A stretch of 64,000 nucleotides of DNA from Candidatus Zixiibacteriota bacterium (GTDB lineage Bacteria; Zixibacteria; MSB-5A5; UBA10806; 4484-95), in NCBI GenBank assembly GCA_037441845.1, contig JBBIRK010000008.1:10226-74225 (forward strand). Reading direction: 5' to 3'. Position numbers and translations under genes: made by a program. A model generated the notes under the pieces. The model saw only the letters and a list, made by a program, of their open reading frames with translations, did no database searches and was not told where the DNA came from. Positions 35,835 to 45,602 of this stretch are shown piece after piece (within the stretch, counting starts at the first letter, position 1; every line of letters starts with the position of its first letter).

Positions 35835-36758
35835 ATGGCCGGTAAAATATATAATATCGAGAAGTTGACCTATCCCGAAATCAACGCCCTCGACCGCCGA
35901 CGCACCGTGATATTTTTCGCCGTATCCCCTCTTGAGGAGCACGGGCCGCATCTGCCTATCGGTGTCGATGCCATGAACGCCTGGATTTTCGCTTGCCGCT
36001 GCGCCGAAATAGTGATCGAAAGAGACCCCGAATATGACGTGCTGCTCTATCCCTTGCTGCCGCTCGGAACTCAGGTCTATCGCCAACCGGGGTCGTTTTA
36101 CGTCAAGCCCTGGACGTTATATGAAATAATTTACCAACTCGGCAAGAATCTGGCCCGCTACGGATTCACGAACATTTTCGTGATTTCGGCGCACGGCACG
36201 CCCAAACAGATCGTAGCGATCGAAAGAGCCTGCGCCAAAGTCTCGCGCAAATACAAAAAATCGATGTATTGCCTGTCGGGCGCCTTGACTTTCAAATTCC
36301 TTCGCGGAGAAATGCATCAGGCGATCGCCCAACGGCTGAATCGAAAATTCACCCCCGAAGAATTGCAGGAATTGCGCTACGATTACCATGCCGGCTGGTG
36401 GGAAACCTCCATGATGCTCAGATTTCACCCGGAATTGGTCAAGGATAGTTATCGTTCGTTGAAACCGTATTTGAAAGATATCATCTCAGGCAAGATAATT
36501 TCCGAAAACAAAGAATGGCAGGGATACACGGGGTCACCGGCTCGAGCGTATCCGGAGTTCGCCGATGCTTCGCTGGCCGAATTCGGGGAGATAGCCGCCG
36601 ACCTGTTCGATCGTCATCGCCGGGGTGAAAATCTAACCCCGCTCGTCCGCTCGCCCTTTTACTGGATTCCTATCTTTCAGCCATATTTCAGGCGCAACGC
36701 CATTGCGGCGCTCATTCTCGCGATAATAATCATCGCGTCGTTGATCTATTTGATTTGA
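35835..36758 (+). CDS. Creatininase/creatinine amidohydrolase family protein with C-terminal TM helix
   Basis: EEHGPHLPIGVD, SAHG, DYHAGWWETS; hydrophobic C-terminus AIAALILAIIIIASLIYLI. Confidence 0.85.
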   Translation: MAGKIYNIEKLTYPEINALDRRRTVIFFAVSPLEEHGPHLPIGVDAMNAWIFACRCAEIVIERDPEYDVLLYPLLPLGTQVYRQPGSFYVKPWTLYEIIYQLGKNLARYGFTNIFVISAHGTPKQIVAIERACAKVSRKYKKSMYCLSGALTFKFLRGEMHQAIAQRLNRKFTPEELQELRYDYHAGWWETSMMLRFHPELVKDSYRSLKPYLKDIISGKIISENKEWQGYTGSPARAYPEFADASLAEFGEIAADLFDRHRRGENLTPLVRSPFYWIPIFQPYFRRNAIAALILAIIIIASLIYLI

Positions 36759-36870
36759 GCGCCAATCGGGCATATCCAATCAACCCTGCCATAATAAAAA
36801 CAGCCCGGAAAGCCGACTCCTTGTCGCGGTATTCGATGACCATCAGTTGACTGAGGTTTGCGCACGATGC

Positions 36871-36897
36871 AAAAACGCCGGAGCACACGCCCGGCGT
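36871..36897 (-). terminator. Terminator after the anti-sigma gene
   Basis: ACGCCGG-N9-CCGGCGT followed by T run on the minus strand. Confidence 0.6.
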
Positions 36898-36926
36898 ATC
36901 CGATTTCGACTTAACGCGATTTCGTT

Positions 36927-37967
36927 TCAGCGCTCTTTTTTTATCTCGACCCGGATTTCCCGGCGCCCGGTTGAATCCGTGTTCACGACGATCCTGGCGT
37001 CGGTTATGCCGCGTTCGGCGAGCCGCTGTCTGATTTCTGCCTCCACTTCCCGGTCGGTTTTTCCCTCCGTTACGATCCCGATTTCATCGGGACCGGCATC
37101 TTCGGTCTCGATCGCAATCGTCGAATCGGACGGGAGAATCACTTTGATCTGCCGCTTTTCCGCGGTCGAGTCAGTTGAATCGGCGATGTCGATATCGATA
37201 TTGCGCAAACCCGCCTGATCGGTCGAAACATTTACGCCGGCGTTGGCGAACCCCTGCTGGCGCAATTTCGCTTCGATTTCGGCTTCTATCTCGCTGTCGC
37301 TTTTGCCGGCAGCCTCGACCCGGATTTCCAGCAGCCTGTTTTTCGCCTGCGCGAAAAGAGTTCCTGAAACCCGGTTCATTATCGGCCTGATCGCAGCCTG
37401 GCCGATATCGCCTACCGATAAAGAATAGGCGGTGATCAACTCTAGCGCCGCCTTCCTCGATGGCAGCGGGCCGATCACGATTCGAGATTTGACGTTGCCG
37501 GTTTCAGTCGTTATGTTGGTGCTCGAGTAACCCAGCCTTTCCAGCAATTCGGTCAATTTGGCAGGGCCGTCTTGACTATCGGCGTCCAATCCCTCCAAAA
37601 TCACCGAATGACCGATAAGCTGCGAATAGGGAAACGGCACAAGAGTGGCGATAAGCAGAACGACCGCAAAGGCCGCGGCCGCAAAACTCAAGCGCTTATG
37701 ATTCATCGCCCGGATTTTTGCTTTTTCCATAAAACCATGCTCCTTTGGTTTGACAGCGGCCAAACGCGGCTTGAGCGATTCCCGTAATTCCGCAAACGGG
37801 ACCACCGAAGGCTGCCTGGATCGTCTTTCATGCGCGAAAGATTCAGTGAGTATCGCATCGGCAAGGGCGATTTGGGCGCAATCCGGGCAAATGTCGAGAT
37901 GCCGCTTGAGCTCTTCACTTTGAGGCTCGGATTCGTTCAGCAATTTCCTCGCTCGATAACAGTGCAT
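36927..37967 (-). CDS. Zinc-binding (ZAS) transmembrane anti-sigma factor
   Basis: MHC...HLDICPDC (HxxxCxxC), one TM helix, extracytoplasmic domain with a duplicated ~45-aa unit. GGAGG RBS before ATG 37967; overlaps the ECF gene end. Confidence 0.85.
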   Translation of the reverse strand: MHCYRARKLLNESEPQSEELKRHLDICPDCAQIALADAILTESFAHERRSRQPSVVPFAELRESLKPRLAAVKPKEHGFMEKAKIRAMNHKRLSFAAAAFAVVLLIATLVPFPYSQLIGHSVILEGLDADSQDGPAKLTELLERLGYSSTNITTETGNVKSRIVIGPLPSRKAALELITAYSLSVGDIGQAAIRPIMNRVSGTLFAQAKNRLLEIRVEAAGKSDSEIEAEIEAKLRQQGFANAGVNVSTDQAGLRNIDIDIADSTDSTAEKRQIKVILPSDSTIAIETEDAGPDEIGIVTEGKTDREVEAEIRQRLAERGITDARIVVNTDSTGRREIRVEIKKER

Positions 37968-38496
37968 GGGCCGCCTCCTGGTTTTCTTTTTTTCCACTTG
38001 TTTCTAACGATTTCAATATCGCCTCACGCATTTTGCGGCGCGCTCGCATAAGGCGTGATTTGATCGAGCTTTGGGATTTTCCGGATAATCGGGCCAGTTC
38101 ATCGATCCTCCACCCCTCGATTTCGAAAAGCGTGATCAGCCATCGATCGTCCGGAGTCAACACCTTCATTCCTCTTTGAAGCCAGATTCTGGCGCTGACA
38201 TCGGCGCCGAAATACTCATTTGGCCGATTGAAGTTTAGCACGCCATTTTCCTCGCGTTTCAGACGCGTCTTTTTTTGCCGGCACCGGCTTTTCTGAAGGT
38301 TCAAAATTATTCGATACAGCCAGGGGCGGAAAGAATCGTGGCTGCGAAGATTGGGGAAATTTTTCCAAGCGAGAAGCAATGCTTCATGGTATAGATCATC
38401 ACCAGTGGCTTTGTCTTCGGAAATTCGGCGGCAGAATCTTGCTGCGGCTTCATGTTCCGTTTCGACACATTTCCAAAACAGTTCCGTATTATCCAC
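37915..38496 (-). CDS. ECF-family RNA polymerase sigma factor
   Basis: DDLYHEALL.AW, SFRPWLYRIILN (region 2); EGWRIDELA...IKSRLMRARRKMR (region 4). Confidence 0.93.
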   Translation of the reverse strand: MDNTELFWKCVETEHEAAARFCRRISEDKATGDDLYHEALLLAWKNFPNLRSHDSFRPWLYRIILNLQKSRCRQKKTRLKREENGVLNFNRPNEYFGADVSARIWLQRGMKVLTPDDRWLITLFEIEGWRIDELARLSGKSQSSIKSRLMRARRKMREAILKSLETSGKKENQEAAHALLSSEEIAERIRASK

Positions 38497-38505
38497 ATAC
38501 TTTAA

Positions 38506-38532
38506 GACGTTTTAGCCGGGATGTCGGTTGCA
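38506..38532 (-). promoter_or_regulatory. Candidate autoregulatory ECF promoter
   Basis: TGCAAC-N17-CGTC on the minus strand, 9 nt before the GTG start; matches the general AAC/CGT ECF pattern. Confidence 0.6.
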
Positions 38533-38614
38533 AGGCGTAAACATGCCGGGCGCGATTCTTGGCGGAATTTCGGCAAGCTTAAGAGAACAAATGCCCTCTA
38601 CAAATGATAAGCGG

Positions 38615-38977
38615 CTAATTCGGCTGCGGAGCGCCGCGGAACATGAAATAGGCGGCGGCCACCAGACAGATTCCGGCATACAGATAATCCAGCTTGAACT
38701 CCTCTTTCATGTAATAAACCGAAAACGCCCCGAAAACGCACATGGTGATTATCTCCTGAATTACTTTCAATTGGCCGAGCGAATAATAGCGGCTTCCTAT
38801 ACGGTTGGCCGGCACCTGAAGACAATACTCGAAAAAGGCGATGCTCCAACTAAATAAAATCACCACCATAAGCGGTTTCCCTTTAAGGTCTTTCAGGTGC
38901 CCATACCAGGCGTAAGTCATGAAAATGTTGGAGCCGAGCAGCAATAGCACTGTTGAATAATTGCTGAGAAGAGACAT
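38615..38977 (-). CDS. DMT-superfamily small membrane protein (DUF486-like)
   Basis: SNIFMTYAWYGHLK, SWSIAFFEYCLQVPANRIG, QLKVIQE. Confidence 0.9.
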   Translation of the reverse strand: MSLLSNYSTVLLLLGSNIFMTYAWYGHLKDLKGKPLMVVILFSWSIAFFEYCLQVPANRIGSRYYSLGQLKVIQEIITMCVFGAFSVYYMKEEFKLDYLYAGICLVAAAYFMFRGAPQPN

Positions 38978-39203
38978 GCGTTGTAAACCCCTTCCATCAT
39001 CTTTGTTGCCAATTGATTACGATAACGACACGATTATTATCGGTCGATTCAGAACGTTCATCGGCAATGGCGGGCGATTCTGTTTCCCGCCGGTTCAATA
39101 AATCTTCGACATGCCGGATTAAGACTTCATTTCCGGCAAAATCTGACGAAAATTAAGAAAAGGATGTTCATTAGGGAAGCAACAGTAATTTAAGGAATAA
39201 GGT

Positions 39204-40067
39204 ATGCTCGTATTTGTCGGCGTGGCAGTAGTATTCGGGGCTGTGATCGGCGGATTCGTCTGGGAGGGCGGACAGCTTCTAGTGTTGTTTCAACCAGCCG
39301 AATTTCTGATAATCGGCGGAGCAGCCCTGGGTTCCATCTTGATTGCGCTGCCTCCGAAAATCGTCAAGTTGATGATTGCCCAAATAATGAGGACATTCAA
39401 GTCGCCGCCGGGTAAACAATCCTATATAAATATCCTGGTCATGCTCTATGAAATTTTCCAGGCCGCCAGAAAAGACGGATTGGTGGCTATGGAATCGCAT
39501 ATCGAACGGCCCCAAGAGAGCAAGATTCTGAAAAAATATCCCGAATTTCTCGCCAACCACCACCTGCTCGACTTTTTCGTCGACACCATGCGCCTCATCT
39601 TATCAGGCGGCGTGCCGGCGCACGATCTGGAAGCTTTGATCGATTCCGATCTCGATACTCACCACAAAGAAAACTCCAAGCCTCCGACCGCCCTATCCAA
39701 AGTCGGCGACTCATTGCCCGGGCTGGGAATCGTTGCGGCCGTGCTGGGAGTGGTGATAACCATGGGAGCTATCGGTGGTCCGCCGGAAACGATCGGACAT
39801 AAGGTCGGTGCAGCGCTCGTCGGCACTTTTCTCGGGGTTCTGCTGTCTTATGGTTTCGTCCAGCCGCTGGCCTCGAATCTCGAACATATGAACGATGAAC
39901 TTGCCCAGCATTATGTAGTGGTGAAACAGGCGCTTCTCGGTTTTCACAAAGGAATGGCTCCTTCGATCGCCGTTGAATTCGCCCGTCGCGCCATAACTTC
40001 CGATGTCCGGCCCGGTTTTATAGAGCTCGAAAACGCCTGTAAGGCAACCCGCGAAAAGGCGACTTAA
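39204..40067 (+). CDS. motA: Flagellar motor stator protein MotA
   Basis: QPAEFLIIGGAA, RKDGLVAME, LPGLGIVAAVLGV, GAALVGTFLG, AVEFARR. Confidence 0.95.
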   Translation: MLVFVGVAVVFGAVIGGFVWEGGQLLVLFQPAEFLIIGGAALGSILIALPPKIVKLMIAQIMRTFKSPPGKQSYINILVMLYEIFQAARKDGLVAMESHIERPQESKILKKYPEFLANHHLLDFFVDTMRLILSGGVPAHDLEALIDSDLDTHHKENSKPPTALSKVGDSLPGLGIVAAVLGVVITMGAIGGPPETIGHKVGAALVGTFLGVLLSYGFVQPLASNLEHMNDELAQHYVVVKQALLGFHKGMAPSIAVEFARRAITSDVRPGFIELENACKATREKAT

Positions 40068-40070
40068 AAT

Positions 40071-40943
40071 ATGCCCGAAACCGAAGAACAACAACCCATA
40101 ATCATAATTAAGAAAAACAGCGGTCATGGCGGACATCACGGCGGCGCCTGGAAAGTCGCTTATGCCGATTTCGTAACCGCCATGATGGCGTTTTTTCTGG
40201 TTATGTGGCTGGTCACCCAGAGTCAGGAAATTAAAGATAATGTGGCCGGATATTTCAATGACCCTGCGGGCTGGAGCAAAAAGGCCGGTTCTTCGATCCT
40301 AAAAGGTGGCGAGTCGATTCTCGACCTCAAAAACGTCCCAAAACCGGCCCCCGCAACCCCGGACGCCGCCCGCGAGGTGCTCAAGAGAGCCAGCGATAGA
40401 ATAAGGGAGGCGCTCAGCAGGATCCCCGATTTCGCCTCGATAAAAGATTTAATCGAAATCGAGCTCACACCGGAAGGCCTTCGCATCCAATTGATCGAGG
40501 CGGCAACCTCCAGCGAAGATTCATCACATTTTTTCAATCTCGGCAGCGCCCAGCTTTCGTCCAAGGGGGTACAGATAATATCGCTTATCGCGAAAGAACT
40601 AAGCCAACTCGATAATAAAATAGTTATCGAGGGACACACCGACAGCCGTCAATACGTCTATCAGAACAAATACTCTAATTGGGAATTATCGGCTGACCGG
40701 GCCAACAGTGCACGCCGCCTGATGGAATCGCAGGGGATCAAGCCCGAACAGATGTTCGAAATCAGGGGATACGCCGATCGGCTGCCGCGGTTCGAAAACA
40801 ACCCGAAAGACGCCCGCAACCGTCGCATAGCCATACTCGTGCTCAACAACAACGCAAGGGGCAATGTCGATAGTATCGATTTGCTGAAGGCCGGCGGGGA
40901 AAATCCCAAAATTAACGACAATCGGGTCGAGAGAATCCATTAG
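40071..40943 (+). CDS. motB: Flagellar motor stator protein MotB
   Basis: HHGGAWKVAYADFVTAMMAFFLVMWL; OmpA-like EGHTD, NWELSADRAN, NRRI. Confidence 0.95.
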   Translation: MPETEEQQPIIIIKKNSGHGGHHGGAWKVAYADFVTAMMAFFLVMWLVTQSQEIKDNVAGYFNDPAGWSKKAGSSILKGGESILDLKNVPKPAPATPDAAREVLKRASDRIREALSRIPDFASIKDLIEIELTPEGLRIQLIEAATSSEDSSHFFNLGSAQLSSKGVQIISLIAKELSQLDNKIVIEGHTDSRQYVYQNKYSNWELSADRANSARRLMESQGIKPEQMFEIRGYADRLPRFENNPKDARNRRIAILVLNNNARGNVDSIDLLKAGGENPKINDNRVERIH

Positions 40944-41111
40944 GCGCAACGAGCCGGGCTACGAAGCCGCATAATAAATCGAAAAACAATTCTCAATGTC
41001 CTCACGATCGACAAAAAGGCCAAAACAGTTGACCTTGACCTGGCAACCAGCTAAACTCCCGATGTGACGACGATGACAAAATAGGAATGGTGATCCGGGC
41101 AGGGGGAAAAC

Positions 41112-41957
41112 GTGAAATATTCGGCACTCGACAAGATAAACTCTTTTTTGAACATCTACTATCGAATGTTCGGAAACATATTGCGTTTCTCCGCTTGGTC
41201 TCCGTTTTTGATCCCCGCCATATTTCAGACCATAGGGTTGCTTCTGTTGATAGACTACGGCCGGCCTGTTTCGGGGACCTTTATCTATCCTCTATTGAAA
41301 ACGTTGCTGCCTGCGGCAGCCCTGCATTATCCGAATTATTACCTCGCCTTGCCGCTGGTATTTGCCGCGTATGACGATTGGCTGCTGGGGCCATCGTTCT
41401 GGTTGATAGCTATCGGCGCGGTAACGATCTCTGTCGGGGCGATATACTATAAACGAAAAATCGGTCTTAGTGAGGCTGTCAAGACGGCCGCAGGCCGCTA
41501 TGGCCTATTGCTTGGATTCTGGATAATTCAAATGATTCTAATGACTATCTTCGTTCATCTGCCCACCCGCTGGATTATGGTAACCCTTACCGGTTATTTT
41601 CTGCGCACTTTGGCGGCCAGAATCGTATTGCAGGGAGTCGGTTTCGTCATCTCGGCTTTTATGCTCTACACTATCGCCTCAATCCTTCTCGACGATAACG
41701 GACTGTTCAAATCTCTAAAAATCAGCGCCAAATTATGGCGGAGCAATATCCTTTTTACCTTTTTTCTGGTTGCGCTGCCCGGCTCCGTCAAATTGATCCT
41801 GGATATTCTAACCTCCTCGTTCGCGCCCAACATTATCGACCGCGGAAATCCTGAATTGATAATCTGGCTGTTGTTCATGAAAATCGTTTTGGGCGTATTC
41901 CTCGGCTTGTTTCAATACGGCGCGGCGGTCTATGCCTATAAAGAAATCGGCCGCTGA
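41112..41957 (+). CDS. Multi-pass membrane protein, function unknown
   Basis: About six hydrophobic segments; AGGGGG RBS before GTG. Confidence 0.75.
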   Translation: MKYSALDKINSFLNIYYRMFGNILRFSAWSPFLIPAIFQTIGLLLLIDYGRPVSGTFIYPLLKTLLPAAALHYPNYYLALPLVFAAYDDWLLGPSFWLIAIGAVTISVGAIYYKRKIGLSEAVKTAAGRYGLLLGFWIIQMILMTIFVHLPTRWIMVTLTGYFLRTLAARIVLQGVGFVISAFMLYTIASILLDDNGLFKSLKISAKLWRSNILFTFFLVALPGSVKLILDILTSSFAPNIIDRGNPELIIWLLFMKIVLGVFLGLFQYGAAVYAYKEIGR

Positions 41958-42003
41958 CCGGCTCGGCATACTTCGGACCGGGCACCGCTGCTGGGCATAA
42001 GAC

Positions 42004-42681
42004 TCAAGATCGATCGGACTGGCCGTCCACGGGGCCATGCCGGGCGATAATCCCCTCGACCATGTAAATCACGTCCTCGGCGATATTAGTGCTGTGATCG
42101 GCGATCCGCTCGATATAACGCGATATCGACAGAACCTGTATCAGAAATTCGAGCTTGCCTACGTCTCGGCGGATTTCGTTTTCGATTTTCTCGAAAAGCC
42201 GGCTGTGTCTACTGTCGACGATATCATCGCAGCGACACACCTCGCGCGCCAGCCCCGAATCGAGATTGATAAGCGCATCCAGGCTCTTCCGCAACATCAG
42301 CTGGGCTTGACCGGCCATAAAAGGGATATCGTCCGGAACCTGCATCCTGGGGCGTTCGCACAAAAACAGCGAACGCTCGGCTATATTGACGGCAAAATCC
42401 CCGATCCGCTCGAGATCGTTGTTGATTTTCAGCACCGCGATTATGAAACGCAGATCGATCGCCACCGGCTGATGCAAGGCCAAAATTTTCAGGCCGTCTT
42501 CTTCGAGATCTATCTCCATCCTATCGATTTCTTTATCGAGCTCGATGGCCTTCTTGGCCATCAACGGGTCGCGCTCCTCAAGCGAACGAACCGCCCGTTG
42601 CACGTTTTCCTCGACGACCGTGCCGAGGTGAAGAATTTTCTTTTTCAGATTGTCGATTTCCCGTCGCAGATGCTGCGGCAT
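42004..42681 (-). CDS. phoU: Phosphate signalling protein PhoU
   Basis: QPVAIDLR, DLERIGD, IERIADHSTNIAE; follows pstB. Confidence 0.96.
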   Translation of the reverse strand: MPQHLRREIDNLKKKILHLGTVVEENVQRAVRSLEERDPLMAKKAIELDKEIDRMEIDLEEDGLKILALHQPVAIDLRFIIAVLKINNDLERIGDFAVNIAERSLFLCERPRMQVPDDIPFMAGQAQLMLRKSLDALINLDSGLAREVCRCDDIVDSRHSRLFEKIENEIRRDVGKLEFLIQVLSISRYIERIADHSTNIAEDVIYMVEGIIARHGPVDGQSDRS

Positions 42682-42697
42682 GCGTCGTCCTTTCCCG

Positions 42698-43552
42698 TCA
42701 ACCGAATCGCCCGGTGATATAATCCTCGGTTTGCCTGAGCGCGGGTTTGGTGAACAGCATCCGGGTTGAATTCGCCTCGATCAAACGGCCCTCGTAGAAA
42801 AAGGCGGTATAATCGGAAATTCGGGCGGCTTGCTGCATGTTGTGGGTGACGATCACGATCGTGTAATTTTTTTTCAATTCGCCGATTAAGTCTTCTATTT
42901 TAGCCGTCGATATCGGATCGAGCGCCGATGCCGGCTCGTCCATCAACAACACCTCCGGCTGCACCGCCAGAGCCCTGGCGATACACAGCCTTTGCTGCTG
43001 CCCTCCTGAAAGGGTAAGCGCGCTCATGTTCAATTTGCCTTTCACCTCGTCCCACAAATACGCTTTTTTAAGCGCCTTCTCGACGGCTTCCCTGATTATA
43101 TTCTTGTCGGTGATTCCATTGACTTTCAACCCGAAAGCCACATTATCATAGATGGATTTAGGGAAGGGATTGGATTTCTGAAACACCATGCCGACTCTGG
43201 TGCGCAGTGTCGAGACGTCTTTTATTTCGCGATAAACATCTATATTGTCGAGCTTGATTTCGCCTTTAATCCGCGTGCCGGGGAACGTTTCATTCATCCT
43301 GTTAAGCGTTCTCAGGAAAGTCGATTTGCCGCATCCCGACGGCCCGATCAGAGCCATGACTCGATTTACGGGTATATCGAGCGATATGCCGAACAACGCC
43401 TGATTCTCACCATAATAGAAATCGAGATTCCGGACCGTGATTTTGAATTTTTCGGGGGCCTTTTCTTTGCCGGTATCGACAAACGAGGTTTCGGTGAAAA
43501 AAGACCGGGTCGGCACATGGCTGTTTTGGCGCGTGGCTTGATTTTCAGACAT
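42698..43552 (-). CDS. pstB: Phosphate ABC transporter ATPase
   Basis: [42 protein letters not shown]. Confidence 0.98.
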   Translation of the reverse strand: MSENQATRQNSHVPTRSFFTETSFVDTGKEKAPEKFKITVRNLDFYYGENQALFGISLDIPVNRVMALIGPSGCGKSTFLRTLNRMNETFPGTRIKGEIKLDNIDVYREIKDVSTLRTRVGMVFQKSNPFPKSIYDNVAFGLKVNGITDKNIIREAVEKALKKAYLWDEVKGKLNMSALTLSGGQQQRLCIARALAVQPEVLLMDEPASALDPISTAKIEDLIGELKKNYTIVIVTHNMQQAARISDYTAFFYEGRLIEANSTRMLFTKPALRQTEDYITGRFG

Positions 43553-44492
43553 TCGTCCGCCTGCTCCTTATTCTGGCCCGGATAAAAATGGCGGTGAAAT
43601 TCAACATGAAAGTCAGCATCAATAAAACCAGCACCGTCCCGAACAATATCGGCTTCGTTTTCTCGATATCCGGAGATTGTGTGGCCATGACATAGATATG
43701 ATAACCGAGTTCCATGAATTGATGGTTCAACTTCGTGGGCAGGTATGGAAGATAATACGCGGCGCCGGTGAACATGATCGGGGCCACCTCGCCGGCCCCG
43801 CGACTGATCGCCAAAATACCTCCGGTAAGAATTCCGGGCATCGCCTGTGGCAGTATTACCCTGGTGATTGTCTGCAGCCGCGACGCACCCAGCGCATAAC
43901 TTGCATCCTTCATTTCTTTGGGTATCGACCTTAACGCTTCCTCGGTGGAAACTATCACAACCGGCAAAGTGAGCAGCGAAAGGGTCAGGGCCGCCCAGAT
44001 AATCGCCGGCTGGCCCCAGACCGGGCGGCCGCCGTCGGTGACCAAGCGATCGAGTCCGGTCCCGATAAACCCGACGAAAAAGCCGAGTCCGAAAAGTCCG
44101 AAAACGATCGAGGGCACGCCGGCAAGGTTGTTTATGGCGATTCTAATAAGACGGGCAACGCGCGAATCGGCGCGGGTGAATTCGCTTAAATAAACCGCGG
44201 TCAAGACCCCCACGGGCACCACGAAAATAATCATCAAAATCACCAGAAACACCGTGCCGAATATAGCCGGAAATATGCCGCCTTCTTCCATCCCGTTCTC
44301 GGGCGGGTTGCTCAAAAACTCCCAGCTCAAAACACCGATACCGCCGATTCCGATACTGACCATCAGAATCAAAAGCATCGAAATGATTATCCCCACCGCA
44401 AGCAACATCAAAGCGCGCGGTATTTTACCCGTCCCCCTCTTGACATATCCTAAATCAACACGATCGGTTGAGCTTATGAGCCCTTGATTCAT
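43545..44492 (-). CDS. pstA: Phosphate ABC transporter permease
   Basis: [30 protein letters not shown]....[13 protein letters not shown]. Confidence 0.96.
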   Translation of the reverse strand: MNQGLISSTDRVDLGYVKRGTGKIPRALMLLAVGIIISMLLILMVSIGIGGIGVLSWEFLSNPPENGMEEGGIFPAIFGTVFLVILMIIFVVPVGVLTAVYLSEFTRADSRVARLIRIAINNLAGVPSIVFGLFGLGFFVGFIGTGLDRLVTDGGRPVWGQPAIIWAALTLSLLTLPVVIVSTEEALRSIPKEMKDASYALGASRLQTITRVILPQAMPGILTGGILAISRGAGEVAPIMFTGAAYYLPYLPTKLNHQFMELGYHIYVMATQSPDIEKTKPILFGTVLVLLMLTFMLNFTAIFIRARIRSRRTNV

Positions 44493-45448
44493 TTCGTGTT
44501 TCCTTGGATTTTCATCTTAAGCCGCGCCAAAATCAAATCGCCCCCCAGGTTTACCACGAAAGTGAATATGAAAAGTAGCGTGCCGATTAAAAAGAGAACA
44601 TTGTAATGAGCGCTTCCGAATACCACTTCAGCCAACTCGGCCGCTATCGTGGCGGAAAAGGTTCGTATAGATACTAACGGATCTATCGAGATTATTGCGG
44701 CGTTTCCGGAGGCCATCAGCACGATCATGGTTTCGCCGATCGCCCGGCCGAATCCGAGCACGACGCCGGCGGCAATCCCGGGCAGTGCGGCCGGGAAAAC
44801 GGTCATGGTGGAAACCTGCCATGAATTGGCGCCCAAGGCCATGGCGGCATCGCGCAACGATTGCGGCACCGCGGTCATGGCGTCCTCGGCGATCGTGAAA
44901 ATGATCGGAATCACGGCCAGACCCAGGGCGATCCCCGCGTTAACCGCATTAAGCCGAAACGTCCAACCGAAAACATTCTGCAAAAAAGTCGCCAGCAATA
45001 TCAAAGCGAAAAAGCCGAGCACGACCGAGGGGATTCCCGCCAGGATTTCGATGGCGGGTTTGATCATTTCGCGGGTTCTTTTCGAGGTGAATTCCGAGCT
45101 GTATATGGCGGCGCCTATGGCAAGCGGAGCCGCGAACAACATGGCGATCACCGCGGCCTTGATCGTCCCGAGAAAAAGCGGCAAAAGCGAATACTTGGGG
45201 ACTTCCGAATTCGGCTGCCAGGACCATTTCGGTTTCTGCCCCTCATAATACTGCTGCTTGAAAAGCATTTTCGAAAAGGCCGCCTCTTTCTGAACCTCGG
45301 CGTCGGTGAATATCGGCAAGGCCTCTTTGAAAATAAAAATGAATATCAGCAAAATGCCGATCAGGGCGAGGAATGCGTTAAGCGAAATGAACCCTTCGCC
45401 GAATGCCTCCCAAAACTTTGACTTTGGTTTGAATTTAAGTTCGGGCAT
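44489..45448 (-). CDS. pstC: Phosphate ABC transporter permease
   Basis: LAGIPSVVLG, EDAM.AVP...AMALGA, GRAIGETMIVLM. Confidence 0.96.
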   Translation of the reverse strand: MPELKFKPKSKFWEAFGEGFISLNAFLALIGILLIFIFIFKEALPIFTDAEVQKEAAFSKMLFKQQYYEGQKPKWSWQPNSEVPKYSLLPLFLGTIKAAVIAMLFAAPLAIGAAIYSSEFTSKRTREMIKPAIEILAGIPSVVLGFFALILLATFLQNVFGWTFRLNAVNAGIALGLAVIPIIFTIAEDAMTAVPQSLRDAAMALGANSWQVSTMTVFPAALPGIAAGVVLGFGRAIGETMIVLMASGNAAIISIDPLVSIRTFSATIAAELAEVVFGSAHYNVLFLIGTLLFIFTFVVNLGGDLILARLKMKIQGNTK

Positions 45449-45559
45449 TTCGAAATAGTGATTATGGCATTAAAAAGATCAAGAGCTGCCGTTTGACGCT
45501 GTCGAAAGTCGTCATTTTATCCTATTACACTGGAACATATCGCCAAGAGCCGAGGGGGA

Positions 45560-45587
45560 GAAAAGCCGGGGGAATGCCCCGCCTTTC
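45560..45587 (-). terminator. Hairpin between pstS and pstC (partial terminator or mRNA stabiliser)
   Basis: Minus strand GAAAGGCGGGG-cattc-CCCCGGCTTTTC just after the pstS stop. Confidence 0.55.
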
Positions 45588-45602
45588 GTTTCACGGCCAA
45601 TC

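Noticed and set aside
38489..38497. Perfect DnaA box TTATCCACA over the ECF start codon
   Set aside because: Single copy; about 0.5 hits are expected by chance on both strands of 64 kb, and there is no box cluster or unwinding element.
39204..40943. Zorya ZorAB anti-phage system
   Set aside because: MotA has no long ZorA tail, both proteins carry flagellar stator signatures, and no zorC/D/E genes are adjacent.
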